A DNA stretch of 64,000 nucleotides from Candidatus Binatia bacterium (GTDB taxonomy: Bacteria; Desulfobacterota; Binatia; HRBIN30), in contig JBBRSP010000008.1 in NCBI GenBank assembly GCA_038245295.1, positions 96,001 through 160,000 of the forward strand, in the 5' to 3' direction. Made by a program: the position numbers and the translations under genes. Below are positions 53,037 through 63,272 of this stretch, one piece after another (the stretch's first letter is position 1; each line of letters starts with the position of its first letter). Below the pieces are notes generated by a model. The model ran no database searches. It was not told the origin of the DNA and was given only the letters and a program-made list of their open reading frames with translations.

Positions 53037-53996
53037 CTACGGCTCCGGCCCCGCCTTCGCGAATGCGTCGAACAGGCGCGCGCGCACGGTGCTCACGAGC
53101 CGGTCGGAAGGTGGCGCCACAGTTGGTTCGGGCAGGAGCTGACCCAGGAACCGAAAGACGGCGCCAAGCAATTCGCCGCCCGCCGCCGCAACCCGGTCGC
53201 GCTGCGCCAATTGCCGGGCCTCTTGCTCGGCCCGTTGCCTTGCCGATTCGTCGATCGGGGCTTCGGGCTTGGCACCCAGCAAGACTTCCAGCCGCTGCTT
53301 CAGATCTTCAATGCTGCTGACTAGATCAACGGCGTCGACTTCGGAGTCGGCGTCCAGCGCGGCGAGTGCCAGATCGCGCTTGGCGGCAAGCGTTGCCAGT
53401 AGATTGTCTCCAATCGTTTCTTCGGTCACCAGCACGTAGACCTGCACCGGCCGCTTCTGGCCCATGCGGTGGGCGCGGCCGACTCGTTGCTCCAGCACGG
53501 CCGGATTCCACGGCAGATCGACGTTGATCACGGTGTTGGCCGCCTGCAGATTTAGGCCAACAGAACCGGCGTTGGTGGTGATGAAGAGTTTGCAGTTGGA
53601 GTTGGCTTGGAACTCGTTCACCAGTTGCTGTCGCTGCTTCTGCGGCACTGACCCGTCCAGCCGCACGTAACGCAGGCGTCGCGCGTCGAGCATGGGCTCG
53701 ATGAGATCCAGCATCGTTGTCCACTCCGAGAACAGGACCACCTTGCGGCCTTGCTCCTGGAACAAACGGTCGAGTAGGTCGTTCAAGTAACCGAGCCTGG
53801 TCGAATAGCCAGGCGCCTGTTTGTCGACGAGGTAAGTGCTGTTGGCCGCCATGCGGCACATCAACAATGCCTTCTTCAGGCGCACCCGCAGGCCGGCGCC
53901 ACAACCCTGATCATCTCGCTCGGCATTGTGAGCAAGCCGTTCTACCTGCTCATTATCGAGGTCGCCGTCGCGCTGCTCGCGCTGCAGGCGATTCAT
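53037..53996 (-). pseudogene. C-terminal remnant of SNF2-family helicase
   Basis: KVVLFSEW, RLDGSV, GSVGLNLQAA, DLPWNPAVLEQRVGRAHRMGQ; no Walker A/DExH lobe. Confidence 0.8.
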
Positions 53997-54214
53997 GAAC
54001 CGCCTTGCAGGCCTCGACGATCCAGTTTGGGTGAAGCGCGCCCCGAACGGGAAACAGCGGCAGAATGGGATCTCGCAGATTGACAGGGCGCTTGAGCCGG
54101 CTGCTAGCCCGCTGCTAACGGAGTCCCTGGCAGCGAGGTCACATGCCTTGAGCTTCGCTCAGGAGGCAGGCGACACGAGAGGAGCGGCGTTCAAAGCCGC
54201 ACGCGGAGGGCACA

Positions 54215-55423
54215 GTGATACCCGTTTCGATCGAAACCACGGCGCGAACACGGCAGGTTCATAAATCGTTTGCGCTCTTCGCGCTGGGCTTTCGCCCCTT
54301 TTTCCTGGCTGCCGCGCTCGCCGCGGTCGCTCTGGTTGCCCTCTGGGTCGCCGACTACGGCGGGGCAGTCTCGTTGCAGACGTATTACGGCACCGTCACC
54401 TGGCATGGCCACGAGATGGTTTTTGGCTATGCCGCTGCGGTGGTGGCGGGGTTCCTGCTCACGTCGGTGCGCAACTGGACCTCGATCGACACGCTGCGCG
54501 GCGGTTCGCTGGCGGCCCTCCTGACGCTCTGGATTGTCGGCCGCTTGGCGCCGTTTGCGTCGGGTACTGTGCCCGGGTGGCTCATCGCTGCGGTAGACGT
54601 CGCCTTCCTGCCGGTGCTAGCCGCGAGTCTATCCACACCGCTGCTGCGGCGTCGGCAATGGCGCAATCTTCCCTTCGTGCCAGTGCTGTTCCTCCTAGCG
54701 TTCGCGAACCTGCTCGTGCATCTAGACGTGCTCGGTGTCCTTCCGGGCCGTGCGACGACGGGCCTTTATCTCGGCGTCGACCTGATCGTGCTGCTGATCA
54801 CGATCATTGGCGGACGCGTGATTCCGTTCTTCACCGAGCGCGCACTGCCGGGTGCCAGGCCACGTGTTTGGAGATTGGTGGAGTGGGTATCCATTGCCAC
54901 GGTGGCAACGGTCGCCATTCTCCGCACCATGCCGCTAGCGCCGCAACTCACACTGTCGCTGGCGGCGGTCGCCGTACTCGCGCACGCGACGCGGTTGTGG
55001 GGTTGGTCCGATCGCCGCATGGGGTCTGTCCCGTTGCTCTGGATCCTCTACGTCGGCTACGCCTGGGTGGTCGTCGGCTTCGCCCTTGAGGGCCTTTCAG
55101 CAGTCGCAATGGTACGGCCGCAGCTGGCGCTGCATGCCTTAACCACTGGCGCGATCGGCACGATGACCCTCGGCATGATGGCTCGCGTTGCGCTCGGACA
55201 TACCGGTCGGCCGCTGCATGCCGCGCGGCCGCTGGTGGCAGCGTTCGTCCTGGTGACGGTTGCAGCTCTGCTGCGCGTCTTCGCTGCCTGGTGGCTGCCG
55301 GACCAATGGTATGTGTCGCTGATCGTTGCCTCTGGGGTGGCGTGGATCGCCGCCTTCGTCCTGTTCCTGGCGCTGTACGCGCCGATTCTGATAAGGCCAC
55401 GGACGGACGGGCTCGAGGGCTGA
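54215..55423 (+). CDS. nnrS: NnrS family protein
   Basis: GFRPFFL, WHGHEMVFGY, GFLLTSVRNWT, GGRVIPFFT, RVALGHTGR, PRTDG. Confidence 0.93.
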   Translation: MIPVSIETTARTRQVHKSFALFALGFRPFFLAAALAAVALVALWVADYGGAVSLQTYYGTVTWHGHEMVFGYAAAVVAGFLLTSVRNWTSIDTLRGGSLAALLTLWIVGRLAPFASGTVPGWLIAAVDVAFLPVLAASLSTPLLRRRQWRNLPFVPVLFLLAFANLLVHLDVLGVLPGRATTGLYLGVDLIVLLITIIGGRVIPFFTERALPGARPRVWRLVEWVSIATVATVAILRTMPLAPQLTLSLAAVAVLAHATRLWGWSDRRMGSVPLLWILYVGYAWVVVGFALEGLSAVAMVRPQLALHALTTGAIGTMTLGMMARVALGHTGRPLHAARPLVAAFVLVTVAALLRVFAAWWLPDQWYVSLIVASGVAWIAAFVLFLALYAPILIRPRTDGLEG

Positions 55424-55529
55424 TCAGCCGATGGCGCGCATGCCTGCGGCCAGCTCGTTGCGGTTACGGCGAGGGCGCGGTCACGCATAGGTGAGGTAGA
55501 ACTTCGGCGCCTTGTCTTTCGGGAAGACC

Positions 55530-56489
55530 TCACTCCGGGTTTCCCCAGTGATGTAATAGACGCTCCCTTAGTTTGCGGTGCCGTGGCAGGAAATATGCGA
55601 GCATCGCCGTCGCGGCTAGGATGTTCGCCACAAAGATGGTCCACCAGCCGAGTGATTCGACCAGCGCCTCGTCGATCAACATCACCACGCCGAAAAAGAA
55701 CACCTCGAAGCAGGTGAACAGAATGAAGGCGCCGAGCAGGAGTATCGGCTCTCGCTCGGCGACTGCCAGTAGAACGGCTGCCAGAATGCCGAAGATGATG
55801 AAGGCCGTTGCGTGAAGCACGGTATAGCCAAGGACCACAGCGGTCGAAATGTGCAGGGTCGCCGGGTCCCGTAAGCCCTGGAGGATGGCAGCTCCCAGCA
55901 AGGCTGGGGTGTACAATGGTCGATCAGTCGCAGTGTCGTACAGGACGAACCATACGGCCACCGTAGCCGCTCCGATGATTCCACCCACGACGCCTTCGCG
56001 GACGACCCCGGTCCACGGGCCAAGCAGCGCTCGCCCCAGGGCATGATGCCCGAAAAAGAAGTACCCGAGCATCGCGCCGCTTGCGAGTAGGTTGCCCACG
56101 AGAAGGCTCCACCACGAGATGTTCGCCATGAGCGTCGGCCCATGGAACATGACGAGAGCGATGGAGAAGACTTCGAACCCGCCGAAGAAGATGAAGAGCG
56201 CAATCACCAGCCCCGCCTCACGCTCCGCGGCGGCGATCAGCGCCGCCGCCGCAATGCCGAACAACGTGAAGGCGATTGCGTGCGCCACGCTGTATTGCAC
56301 TACAAGTGGCCACGTAATGACCGGTAGCTCGCTGCCTGAGGCCCCGTGGAAGAGTACGGCCGCAAGCAGCCCCGGCGTTTCAAACAGTCTTCCCCGGCTG
56401 GCATCAAATACCAGGAACCACAACGCCACCGCGGCCGCGCCGAGCAACCCGGCGATTATGCCGTCGCGCACGACCTCGCGTTTGCTCAT
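55530..56489 (-). CDS. Hypothetical polytopic membrane protein made of two tandem repeats
   Basis: Halves share G..G..GA..VA.WF..D, TP.LL, Y.V.H..AF..FG, FEVF, WW...V.N.LA; ATGA-coupled to ctaG. Confidence 0.8.
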   Translation of the reverse strand: MSKREVVRDGIIAGLLGAAAVALWFLVFDASRGRLFETPGLLAAVLFHGASGSELPVITWPLVVQYSVAHAIAFTLFGIAAAALIAAAEREAGLVIALFIFFGGFEVFSIALVMFHGPTLMANISWWSLLVGNLLASGAMLGYFFFGHHALGRALLGPWTGVVREGVVGGIIGAATVAVWFVLYDTATDRPLYTPALLGAAILQGLRDPATLHISTAVVLGYTVLHATAFIIFGILAAVLLAVAEREPILLLGAFILFTCFEVFFFGVVMLIDEALVESLGWWTIFVANILAATAMLAYFLPRHRKLRERLLHHWGNPE

Positions 56490-57289
56490 CTTGTGGTCAC
56501 CCGCGTCAACCCTACTACCGCGAGCGGCCGCCCTGCCAGCGGCTCGTCCCGGTCCTCGCGTTGCGCCCATCGGAAGAACATGATGGTGAACACACTCATG
56601 AAGTAGAGCCCGGCGCCGACCCACATCAGCAAGCCCCCCAAGACCTGATCAACGAGGGGAGTGAGCCCCCACGGGTGCGGACCCTCGAGATACCATGGAT
56701 AGATGACATCCGGCGCGAGCGTGATCGGCGCCGAGACGGCCGCCATCGGGATCAGGAGCAAAAAGAGGTAGAGAGTCTGCGCCGGATAGCCGAGACGTGG
56801 CAGCTCCGGCATCGGACTGAGCAACGGCCACCACATGATCGTGCCTGTCACCATGAGCAGCACGTGCATAGCGATGTGCACGTTTTCGTCGCGCACCATG
56901 CGCTCGAACACCGGCTGTGTATGGATGACGGCGAGAAACGCATTGTAGAGGACAAATGCCACCAATGGATACGTGATCATTCGAGCAAGGCGCTGGACCA
57001 CCGGCCACCGTAGGAGCGGCCGCAGCATCCATCCGGGGGTTCCCAGCAGCAGGAGTGGTGGCATCACGAGAGCGAGCAGCAGATGTTGCAACATGTGCGC
57101 GGTGAACATTCGGTCGTCGGCGAGCGCATCGACTGGTCCATTGAGCGCAAAGAACATCGTCGTCAGAGCGCCGACGAAGGAAGCGACCTGTCCAGCGCGC
57201 ACGCGCTGGTGTGCCAGGAACCACATCAGGGCATAACACGCCGCCAGGCCGAAGATTCCCGCGATCACGGTAGGGTGTAGATCCTCCAT
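56486..57289 (-). CDS. ctaG: caa3-type cytochrome c oxidase assembly factor
   Basis: FTAHMLQHLLL..MPPLLLLG, H..MH, WWP, DQVLGGLLMW. Confidence 0.88.
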   Translation of the reverse strand: MEDLHPTVIAGIFGLAACYALMWFLAHQRVRAGQVASFVGALTTMFFALNGPVDALADDRMFTAHMLQHLLLALVMPPLLLLGTPGWMLRPLLRWPVVQRLARMITYPLVAFVLYNAFLAVIHTQPVFERMVRDENVHIAMHVLLMVTGTIMWWPLLSPMPELPRLGYPAQTLYLFLLLIPMAAVSAPITLAPDVIYPWYLEGPHPWGLTPLVDQVLGGLLMWVGAGLYFMSVFTIMFFRWAQREDRDEPLAGRPLAVVGLTRVTTR

Positions 57290-57293
57290 CGGT

Positions 57294-57596
57294 TCACGTA
57301 CTCGCGCGGTAGAACGTTGCGAAGAGAAGGCTCAGCGAAAAGATCAGCACCGTCGCAAAGAACAGCAGGAACAGAAAGATGGCCGTGTACGTCCAACGGT
57401 CGAATTTGAGGTGCATGTAGAACATCACGACCAGCGCGAACTTGGCTGCGGAAAGCAGCAACAGCACGGGTAGCAGCGCCGGCTTGAGCGCCCGCACGTA
57501 AAAGACTGTCACCTCCATCGCCGTCAGCACCGTCAGAAAGACCGCGACGATCAAATAGGTCGCTGTTCCAGGCTGTCCGTGCGTCGCCTCGGTCAT
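57294..57596 (-). CDS. Cytochrome c oxidase subunit IV
   Basis: LTVLTAMEV, KFALVVMFYMHLKFD. Confidence 0.88.
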   Translation of the reverse strand: MTEATHGQPGTATYLIVAVFLTVLTAMEVTVFYVRALKPALLPVLLLLSAAKFALVVMFYMHLKFDRWTYTAIFLFLLFFATVLIFSLSLLFATFYRAST

Positions 57597-60043
57597 GCGC
57601 CCTTCACTCCCTGCAGCAGGTAGACCAAGGTAAAGATGACGATCCACACGATGTCGACGAAGTGCCAATAGAGCCCGCAGAGCTCAACCGACAGGCTGCG
57701 TTTCTGCGGCAGCTGGCCGGCCAGCGACGCGATTGCCAAGGTCACGAGCCACAGCACCCCGACCGTCACGTGCACGCCGTGAAACCCGACGAGCGTGTAG
57801 AACGTCTGGCTGAACAGGTTCGTCTGCAGCGCCAGGCCTTGGTGATAGAAGTGAGTGAACTCGTACACTTGGCCGAGCAGAAATATCACGCCGAGCCCGG
57901 CCGTTCCGAGCAACCAACGCCGACTCCAGCGCACGTCGCCGCGCTGCGTGGCGGCCAGAGCCAGGACCATCAGCAAACTGCTCATGAGCAGCACGAAGGT
58001 GCTCACAGACGTCAGGGGCACTTCGAGGATCTCGGCACCCGGGCCAGCAACGTTGTGTTCCTTATAGATGAGGTAGGTCGAGAGCAGCGACGCGAAGAAG
58101 ATCGACTCCGAACCGATGAACGCCCAGATGCCTATCTTGCGGTTGTCGAGTCCTGTCGACAAGACGCCCGCCACACCGGTGTGCTCGGCTTCCCCGAAGT
58201 TGGAGTATTCGAAGCTCATGCCGATGATGCTGAGCAGCACGACGATTGCGCCGATGACGGCGACCTCCACCCGGGTGATCGCACCCACCGCGGTCAGCAG
58301 GACACCGGCGGCTAACATGAGCGGAAAGATCGAGGGACCCGGCACGTGAATCGCCTCCGGGGTTGAGGCCTCCAAGGCGGGACGGTCTGCATCGGGGGCC
58401 ATGGACGGACGCGGTCGTCCATACTTGAGCGCCCAGAAGGGATCGCGTGCGCGCACGACCGGGATGCGGGCGAAGTTGCATGCCGGCGGCGGCGACGGGG
58501 TCCACCATTCCAGCGTGCGCGCGTCCCAGGGATCCGCACCGGCCGTGACGCGCCGTCGGAGGCTCATCAAGATGTTGATCAGCAGGATCGCCACCGACAG
58601 ACCAAGGATGAAAGCGCTGACCGTTGCGATCAGGTTCCACGTGTCCCACCCCATCCCGGGCGCGTACCGGTATATCCGTCGCGGCATGCCTTCGGCACCG
58701 AGGAAGTGCATCGGGAAGAACGTGCCGTTGAAGCCAATGATGGTGAGCCAGAAATGCAACTTGCCGAGCCGCTCGTTGAGCATATTGCCGGTGATTTTCG
58801 GCCACCAATAGTAGAGCCCCGAGAAGATCCCGAATGCAGAGCCGCCGAACAACACGTAGTGCAGGTGTGCTACGACAAAGTACGAATCCGTCTGCTGCAA
58901 ATCGATTGGGACGGCGGCGTGCATGATGCCGCTGAGGCCGCCGATGGTGAACTCGAAAATGAGACCGATGGAGAACAGGAACGCCGTCGTCAGACTCAAC
59001 GCGCCACCCCACATGGTCGCGATCCAGGTAAAGATCTTGATGCCCGTCGGAATCGCGATCAGCATCGAGGTCACGGCAAAGGCGCTGTCCGCTGCCGGCC
59101 CCATGCCGACCGCAAACATGTGATGACCCCACACGCCGTACGACAGGAACCCGATCAGCGCCGTCGAATAGGCCATCATCGGGTAGCCGTACAGGGGCTT
59201 GCGCGAGAAAACCGGAACTACCTCCGAGACAATCCCGAAGGCGGGCAGAGCCATGATGTAGACTTCTGGGTGCCCGAACAGCCAGAAGAGATGCTGCCAC
59301 AGCAGCGGTGTGGCGCCGGTCGTCGCGACGTAAAAGTGGGTGCCGTAAAACCGATCCATGAGCAGCAGAATCAGCGCGACGGTGAGCGCCGGGAAGGCCA
59401 GGAGAATAAGCACCACCGTCACCAGCATCGTCCATACGAACATCGGCATCCGCATGTAGGTCATGCCCGGCGCCCGCATGTTGACGATAGTGACGAGAAA
59501 GTTGAGGCCGGTCAGCATGGTCGAGACTCCGAGCACGAGCAGGCCGAGGACCCAGAAATCCATGTTGGTGCCGGGCGAGAAGTAGCGCTCCGTCAGATTG
59601 GCATAGGCAAACCATCCGGCGTTGGGCGCGCCGTTGAAGAAACAGCTCGCGTGCAGGAACACGGCACCGAAGAGGAACAGCCAGTAGCTGAGCGCGTTGA
59701 GGCGCGGGAAGGCCACGTCCCGTGCGCCGATGTGCAGCGGCAACACGAAGTTGGAGAAAAAGCCGACCTCCAGTGGCATCACCACCAGAAAGATCATCGT
59801 GGTGCCATGCATCGTGAACAGCTGGTTGTATACGCCGGCTGTGAGGAAGGTATTGTCTGGGTACGCGAGCTGGACGCGGATGAGCAACGCCTCGATGCCG
59901 CCGATGAGGAAGAAGGCGAGCGCGGTCACGCCGTACATGACCGCGATCCGCTTGTGGTCCACGGTGGCGATCCAACTCCACAGGCTACCGTGCAGGTAGT
60001 TACTCTCTTCTGCCATTTCCTCGATGCGTACTGCGGCTTGCAT
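57593..60043 (-). CDS. ctaD: Cytochrome c oxidase subunit I (A1 type) fused to subunit III
   Basis: DHKRI, FTMHGTTM, FGHPEVY, VWGHHMF, VVAHLHYV, MPRR; C-terminal subunit III motifs SESIFF, GFHGVHV, YWHFVD. Confidence 0.95.
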   Translation of the reverse strand: MQAAVRIEEMAEESNYLHGSLWSWIATVDHKRIAVMYGVTALAFFLIGGIEALLIRVQLAYPDNTFLTAGVYNQLFTMHGTTMIFLVVMPLEVGFFSNFVLPLHIGARDVAFPRLNALSYWLFLFGAVFLHASCFFNGAPNAGWFAYANLTERYFSPGTNMDFWVLGLLVLGVSTMLTGLNFLVTIVNMRAPGMTYMRMPMFVWTMLVTVVLILLAFPALTVALILLLMDRFYGTHFYVATTGATPLLWQHLFWLFGHPEVYIMALPAFGIVSEVVPVFSRKPLYGYPMMAYSTALIGFLSYGVWGHHMFAVGMGPAADSAFAVTSMLIAIPTGIKIFTWIATMWGGALSLTTAFLFSIGLIFEFTIGGLSGIMHAAVPIDLQQTDSYFVVAHLHYVLFGGSAFGIFSGLYYWWPKITGNMLNERLGKLHFWLTIIGFNGTFFPMHFLGAEGMPRRIYRYAPGMGWDTWNLIATVSAFILGLSVAILLINILMSLRRRVTAGADPWDARTLEWWTPSPPPACNFARIPVVRARDPFWALKYGRPRPSMAPDADRPALEASTPEAIHVPGPSIFPLMLAAGVLLTAVGAITRVEVAVIGAIVVLLSIIGMSFEYSNFGEAEHTGVAGVLSTGLDNRKIGIWAFIGSESIFFASLLSTYLIYKEHNVAGPGAEILEVPLTSVSTFVLLMSSLLMVLALAATQRGDVRWSRRWLLGTAGLGVIFLLGQVYEFTHFYHQGLALQTNLFSQTFYTLVGFHGVHVTVGVLWLVTLAIASLAGQLPQKRSLSVELCGLYWHFVDIVWIVIFTLVYLLQGVKGA

Positions 60044-60051
60044 GACGTGTC

Positions 60052-61062
60052 CTATTTCAGACTCCCCAGGTACGCGACGAGCTGCGACACTTCCTCCGGC
60101 GAGAGGCCCAGTTTTGGCATCTGCGCACCTGGCTTGAGTGCTCCCGGATCGCGCAACCACCCTGCAAGGTTGTTGGGCGTGTTGTCCAGGATCCCGCCAG
60201 CCAGCGTGGTACGACCCGCAAAGTGCGTGAGGTCCGGGCCGACCTTCTGTGTCGATACCCCGTTGATCGTATGACACGTCACGCAGGCGCTCATCGCATA
60301 CAGCCGCGCGCCCGCTGAGACTGGGTCAGTTGCCTCCGCGGGGCGTCCAGGCACCGCTGCCGGTGCCGTCTGGTGTGTGCTCCAGGTGTCGAATTCCGCC
60401 GGCGTATCCACGAAGACCCGAAAACGCATGTTGGCGTGCGACAAGCCGCAGAACTCGGCGCACTGCCCAAGGTACACGCCCGGGACGCGTGGGATGAACG
60501 TGACGGTGTTGATGTGGCCGGGGATAACGTCGCGTTTGCCACCGAGTGCCGGGACCCAGAAGCTATGGATGATATCCGCTGATTGCAGCTGGATCTGCAC
60601 CGGTTGCCCCGCCGGCAAATGAATCTCGTTCGCCGTCCGGATCTCCAAGTCGGGATACTCGATCTGCCACCACCACTGGTGTGCCAAAACATTCACTATC
60701 AGCGCGTTGGCCGGTGCGACGGCCGGCTGGGTGCGAAACGTCGTGCGAACGGTCGGGATGGCGATTGCCAGCAGCACTAGCGCCGGGCCGACGGTCCAGG
60801 CCACTTCGAGCCCAAGAGACTCAGGGCTCGCCGGTGGTGTTTCGTGCGGCGCGCGCACCCGCGTCGAATAGCGGAAGATCGCCAGCAGCGTCAGCACCGT
60901 CACCAAGACGAGGATCAGGGTAGTCCACCCGATCACCTGCAGGTACAGGGTCTGCGTCCACTCCGCGAAGTCTGACTTCGGTGCGAAAGTGGTCATCGGC
61001 GGTGGCGCGGTCGAACAGCCGGCGAGCAGCCACAGGAGAATCAGGCCGAACGATTGTTTCAT
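60052..61062 (-). CDS. ctaC: Cytochrome c oxidase subunit II with C-terminal cytochrome c (caa3 type)
   Basis: LLAGC lipobox, HQWWW, DIIHSFWVP, CAEFCGLSHANM, CVTCH; own GGGAG SD but in frame with upstream ActF. Confidence 0.92.
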   Translation of the reverse strand: MKQSFGLILLWLLAGCSTAPPPMTTFAPKSDFAEWTQTLYLQVIGWTTLILVLVTVLTLLAIFRYSTRVRAPHETPPASPESLGLEVAWTVGPALVLLAIAIPTVRTTFRTQPAVAPANALIVNVLAHQWWWQIEYPDLEIRTANEIHLPAGQPVQIQLQSADIIHSFWVPALGGKRDVIPGHINTVTFIPRVPGVYLGQCAEFCGLSHANMRFRVFVDTPAEFDTWSTHQTAPAAVPGRPAEATDPVSAGARLYAMSACVTCHTINGVSTQKVGPDLTHFAGRTTLAGGILDNTPNNLAGWLRDPGALKPGAQMPKLGLSPEEVSQLVAYLGSLK

Positions 61063-62205
61063 TGCTGAGCTCCCGCCACGGTTGCCATTGACAAGCCGCA
61101 ATCCGGGAAGCGTACAGAGTCCGAAGAGCCCGAAGAAGCCGGCGGAAATCAGCACCTCAACCCAGCCGAACGGAATTATGGTGGGCGACAGCGATGGCAC
61201 CACCAGCACGTAGCGCTCGATCCACATACCTATCAATCCGAGCGCGCAAACCGCGCCGAGAATTCTCGGAGTCCTTTTTGCTCTCTTGCCCAACAACGCA
61301 ATGAACGGGATCAGCCAGATCAGCAGCAACGCGATCCATGCAAGTACGCCCCACGGCAAGGCGTGAATGCGCCGTACCAAGAAGAACGTCTCTTCGGGAA
61401 TGTCGGCGTACCAGATCGGCAGGTACTGCGACCACAGCAAGTAGGCCCAGAATATCGAGAAGGCGAAGACTAACTTGCCGATGTCGTGCAAACTTGCGGA
61501 ATGTTCGGCGCTCTCGCCACGCGGCACTGGCCGCCAACCGACACTGGCCAACACGCCCATCGCCGCCAACGCGCTCCAGTAGGCGCCGGCGAAGAAGTAG
61601 GCGCCGAAAAGCGTGCTGTACCAAATCGGCGACAGCGACATCACGAGATCGAACGCGATCAGCGAGTAGACGATCGCGTAGATGATGATCACCGCCGGGG
61701 CGAGGCGCCGGAGAGTGGCGGGAGGCAGCTCGATGTCGGCCGCCGACTCTGCCCATTCCACGGCATCGGCGCGGCGCGAGGCGTACACGAACCACACGCT
61801 CAGCGCGGTCAGCAGCAAGAGTCCACCGCCGTCGCGCCCGAAGAGAAACGGGACGTTCAGCCACGCGACTTTTTGCGGCAGCGGATGCAGCACCCACGGG
61901 AAGATCAGCTGCTGGCCCGCGAGGAGGAGCCAGAAAAGGAGAAACCCTAGCGGCAGGAAGCCGGCGAAACTTTCGGCCAGCCGGTACACGCTCGCGCCGC
62001 CCCAGCGTGCTTGGGTCAGGTACAACGATGCGGATACCACGACGCCGCCTTGGGCGACACCGAGCCAGAAGAGCAGGTTTACGAGGAAGGCCTCCCAGGC
62101 GCGCAGCGACGCCCCACGCGTCAGCGCCACGCTGAAGGCGGCAACGCCGGTGATCGCAAGGACCACAAAGCCGCCGGTTGCGATGCGCCGCGACGAACGG
62201 GTCAT
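61063..62205 (-). CDS. actF: Alternative complex III subunit ActF (no stop codon; reads through into CoxII)
   Basis: WLNVPF, FDLVMSL.P.WYST.FG, HDIGK..FAFSIFWAYL.WSQY.PIWY..IPEET. Confidence 0.85.
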
Positions 62206-62711
62206 TCCATGCCCAACCTTCCCTGCAGATGACGCAGGTACAGCACGATCTCCCAGCGCTCGTCCGCTGCCATGGCATCGCCATAGGCAGGCATCACGAT
62301 ACTGCCGTTGCGGATGGTGGCGTCGAGATACCCATCACTGCGCTCTGCCGGCTGCGCCGTCGTCAGGTCCGGCGGCGACACAATCATCTGAAAGGCAACC
62401 GGACCGTTTCCCTTGCCGGCGTCGCCATGACATGGCGCGCAGTGGGTCGCGAACAACGCTGCTCCAGAATGAAGGTGCGCAGCAGTCGGGGTGACGGGGT
62501 TGCGCAGACTGTCGTCGGCCTCCTCCCGTATCAGCGGTGGCTCCCCACCCTGCACGGGAAGCGTGCCCGGCGGCATGTTGCGCGGAGGGAGTGCGAGCGG
62601 TTGGACGGCCGGGCCGCGAAACATGTCGGTACTCCACGGAAAGGCAGTTGCCCGGTGCGCGCCAAGGAAGAGGAGAAGCACAACGAGCCTGAGCATCTGC
62701 TGGGCAGTCAT
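62202..62711 (-). CDS. actE: Alternative complex III monoheme cytochrome c ActE
   Basis: DMFRGP, PPGTLP, CAPCHG, MPAYG, RWEIVLYLRHLQ. Confidence 0.85.
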   Translation of the reverse strand: MTAQQMLRLVVLLLFLGAHRATAFPWSTDMFRGPAVQPLALPPRNMPPGTLPVQGGEPPLIREEADDSLRNPVTPTAAHLHSGAALFATHCAPCHGDAGKGNGPVAFQMIVSPPDLTTAQPAERSDGYLDATIRNGSIVMPAYGDAMAADERWEIVLYLRHLQGRLGME

Positions 62712-62712
62712 T

Positions 62713-63258
62713 TCATCCCTCGCCTTGGTCCTCTCCGCGAGGGAGATTGGCCCCGAGGACCGTAACCCCTGTGGCTCCAGCAGCGAGCAGCAATATCTCG
62801 ACGCGCCCGCGTTCGCTGGCTGCGCACTCGATCACCACACCGAAGCGGTCGTTGCTGAAGTCCAGTTGATAGCCCGGCACCGGCTCGAGGCGCGGGAATC
62901 TGCCGTGGACCAGGAATCCGGCCACACCTGACAACGCCCCGAACAGGATCGTCAGCTCGAAGGCGATGACCACGAAGGGCGGGATCGAAACAATCGGCAT
63001 GCCGGCGGTCACGTGCGGATAGTCGGCCGACAACCCGATGGTAAGTGCAAAACCGCTGGCACAGCCGGCAATGGCACCGAACAACACCCAGCGCCGCACT
63101 GGGCTGTGGGCGGCATCCAGCGCTTCGAGTATCCGTTCGCTGGCAAATGGTGAGAAGACGCGCGGTTTGCGCAAGCCGGCGGCGCGGACGGCAACGATTC
63201 CGCGCGTGCAGGTCTCCTCGTCAGAAAAGAGACCGGTGAAGAGCAACGTCTCGCTCAT
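62713..63258 (-). CDS. actD: Alternative complex III subunit ActD (DUF3341)
   Basis: FSPF, P.F..IAFELTILFGA, FSNDRFG. Confidence 0.88.
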   Translation of the reverse strand: MSETLLFTGLFSDEETCTRGIVAVRAAGLRKPRVFSPFASERILEALDAAHSPVRRWVLFGAIAGCASGFALTIGLSADYPHVTAGMPIVSIPPFVVIAFELTILFGALSGVAGFLVHGRFPRLEPVPGYQLDFSNDRFGVVIECAASERGRVEILLLAAGATGVTVLGANLPRGEDQGEG

Positions 63259-63272
63259 GCCGTCCCCTGGCG

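Noticed and set aside
54147..54164. FNR/DNR box upstream of nnrS
   Set aside because: TTGAGCTTCGCTCAG has the wrong spacing and half-sites for TTGAT-N4-ATCAA
57593..60043. Subunit I-III fusion of the oxidase as a novelty
   Set aside because: Already known for caa3 oxidases such as that of Thermus
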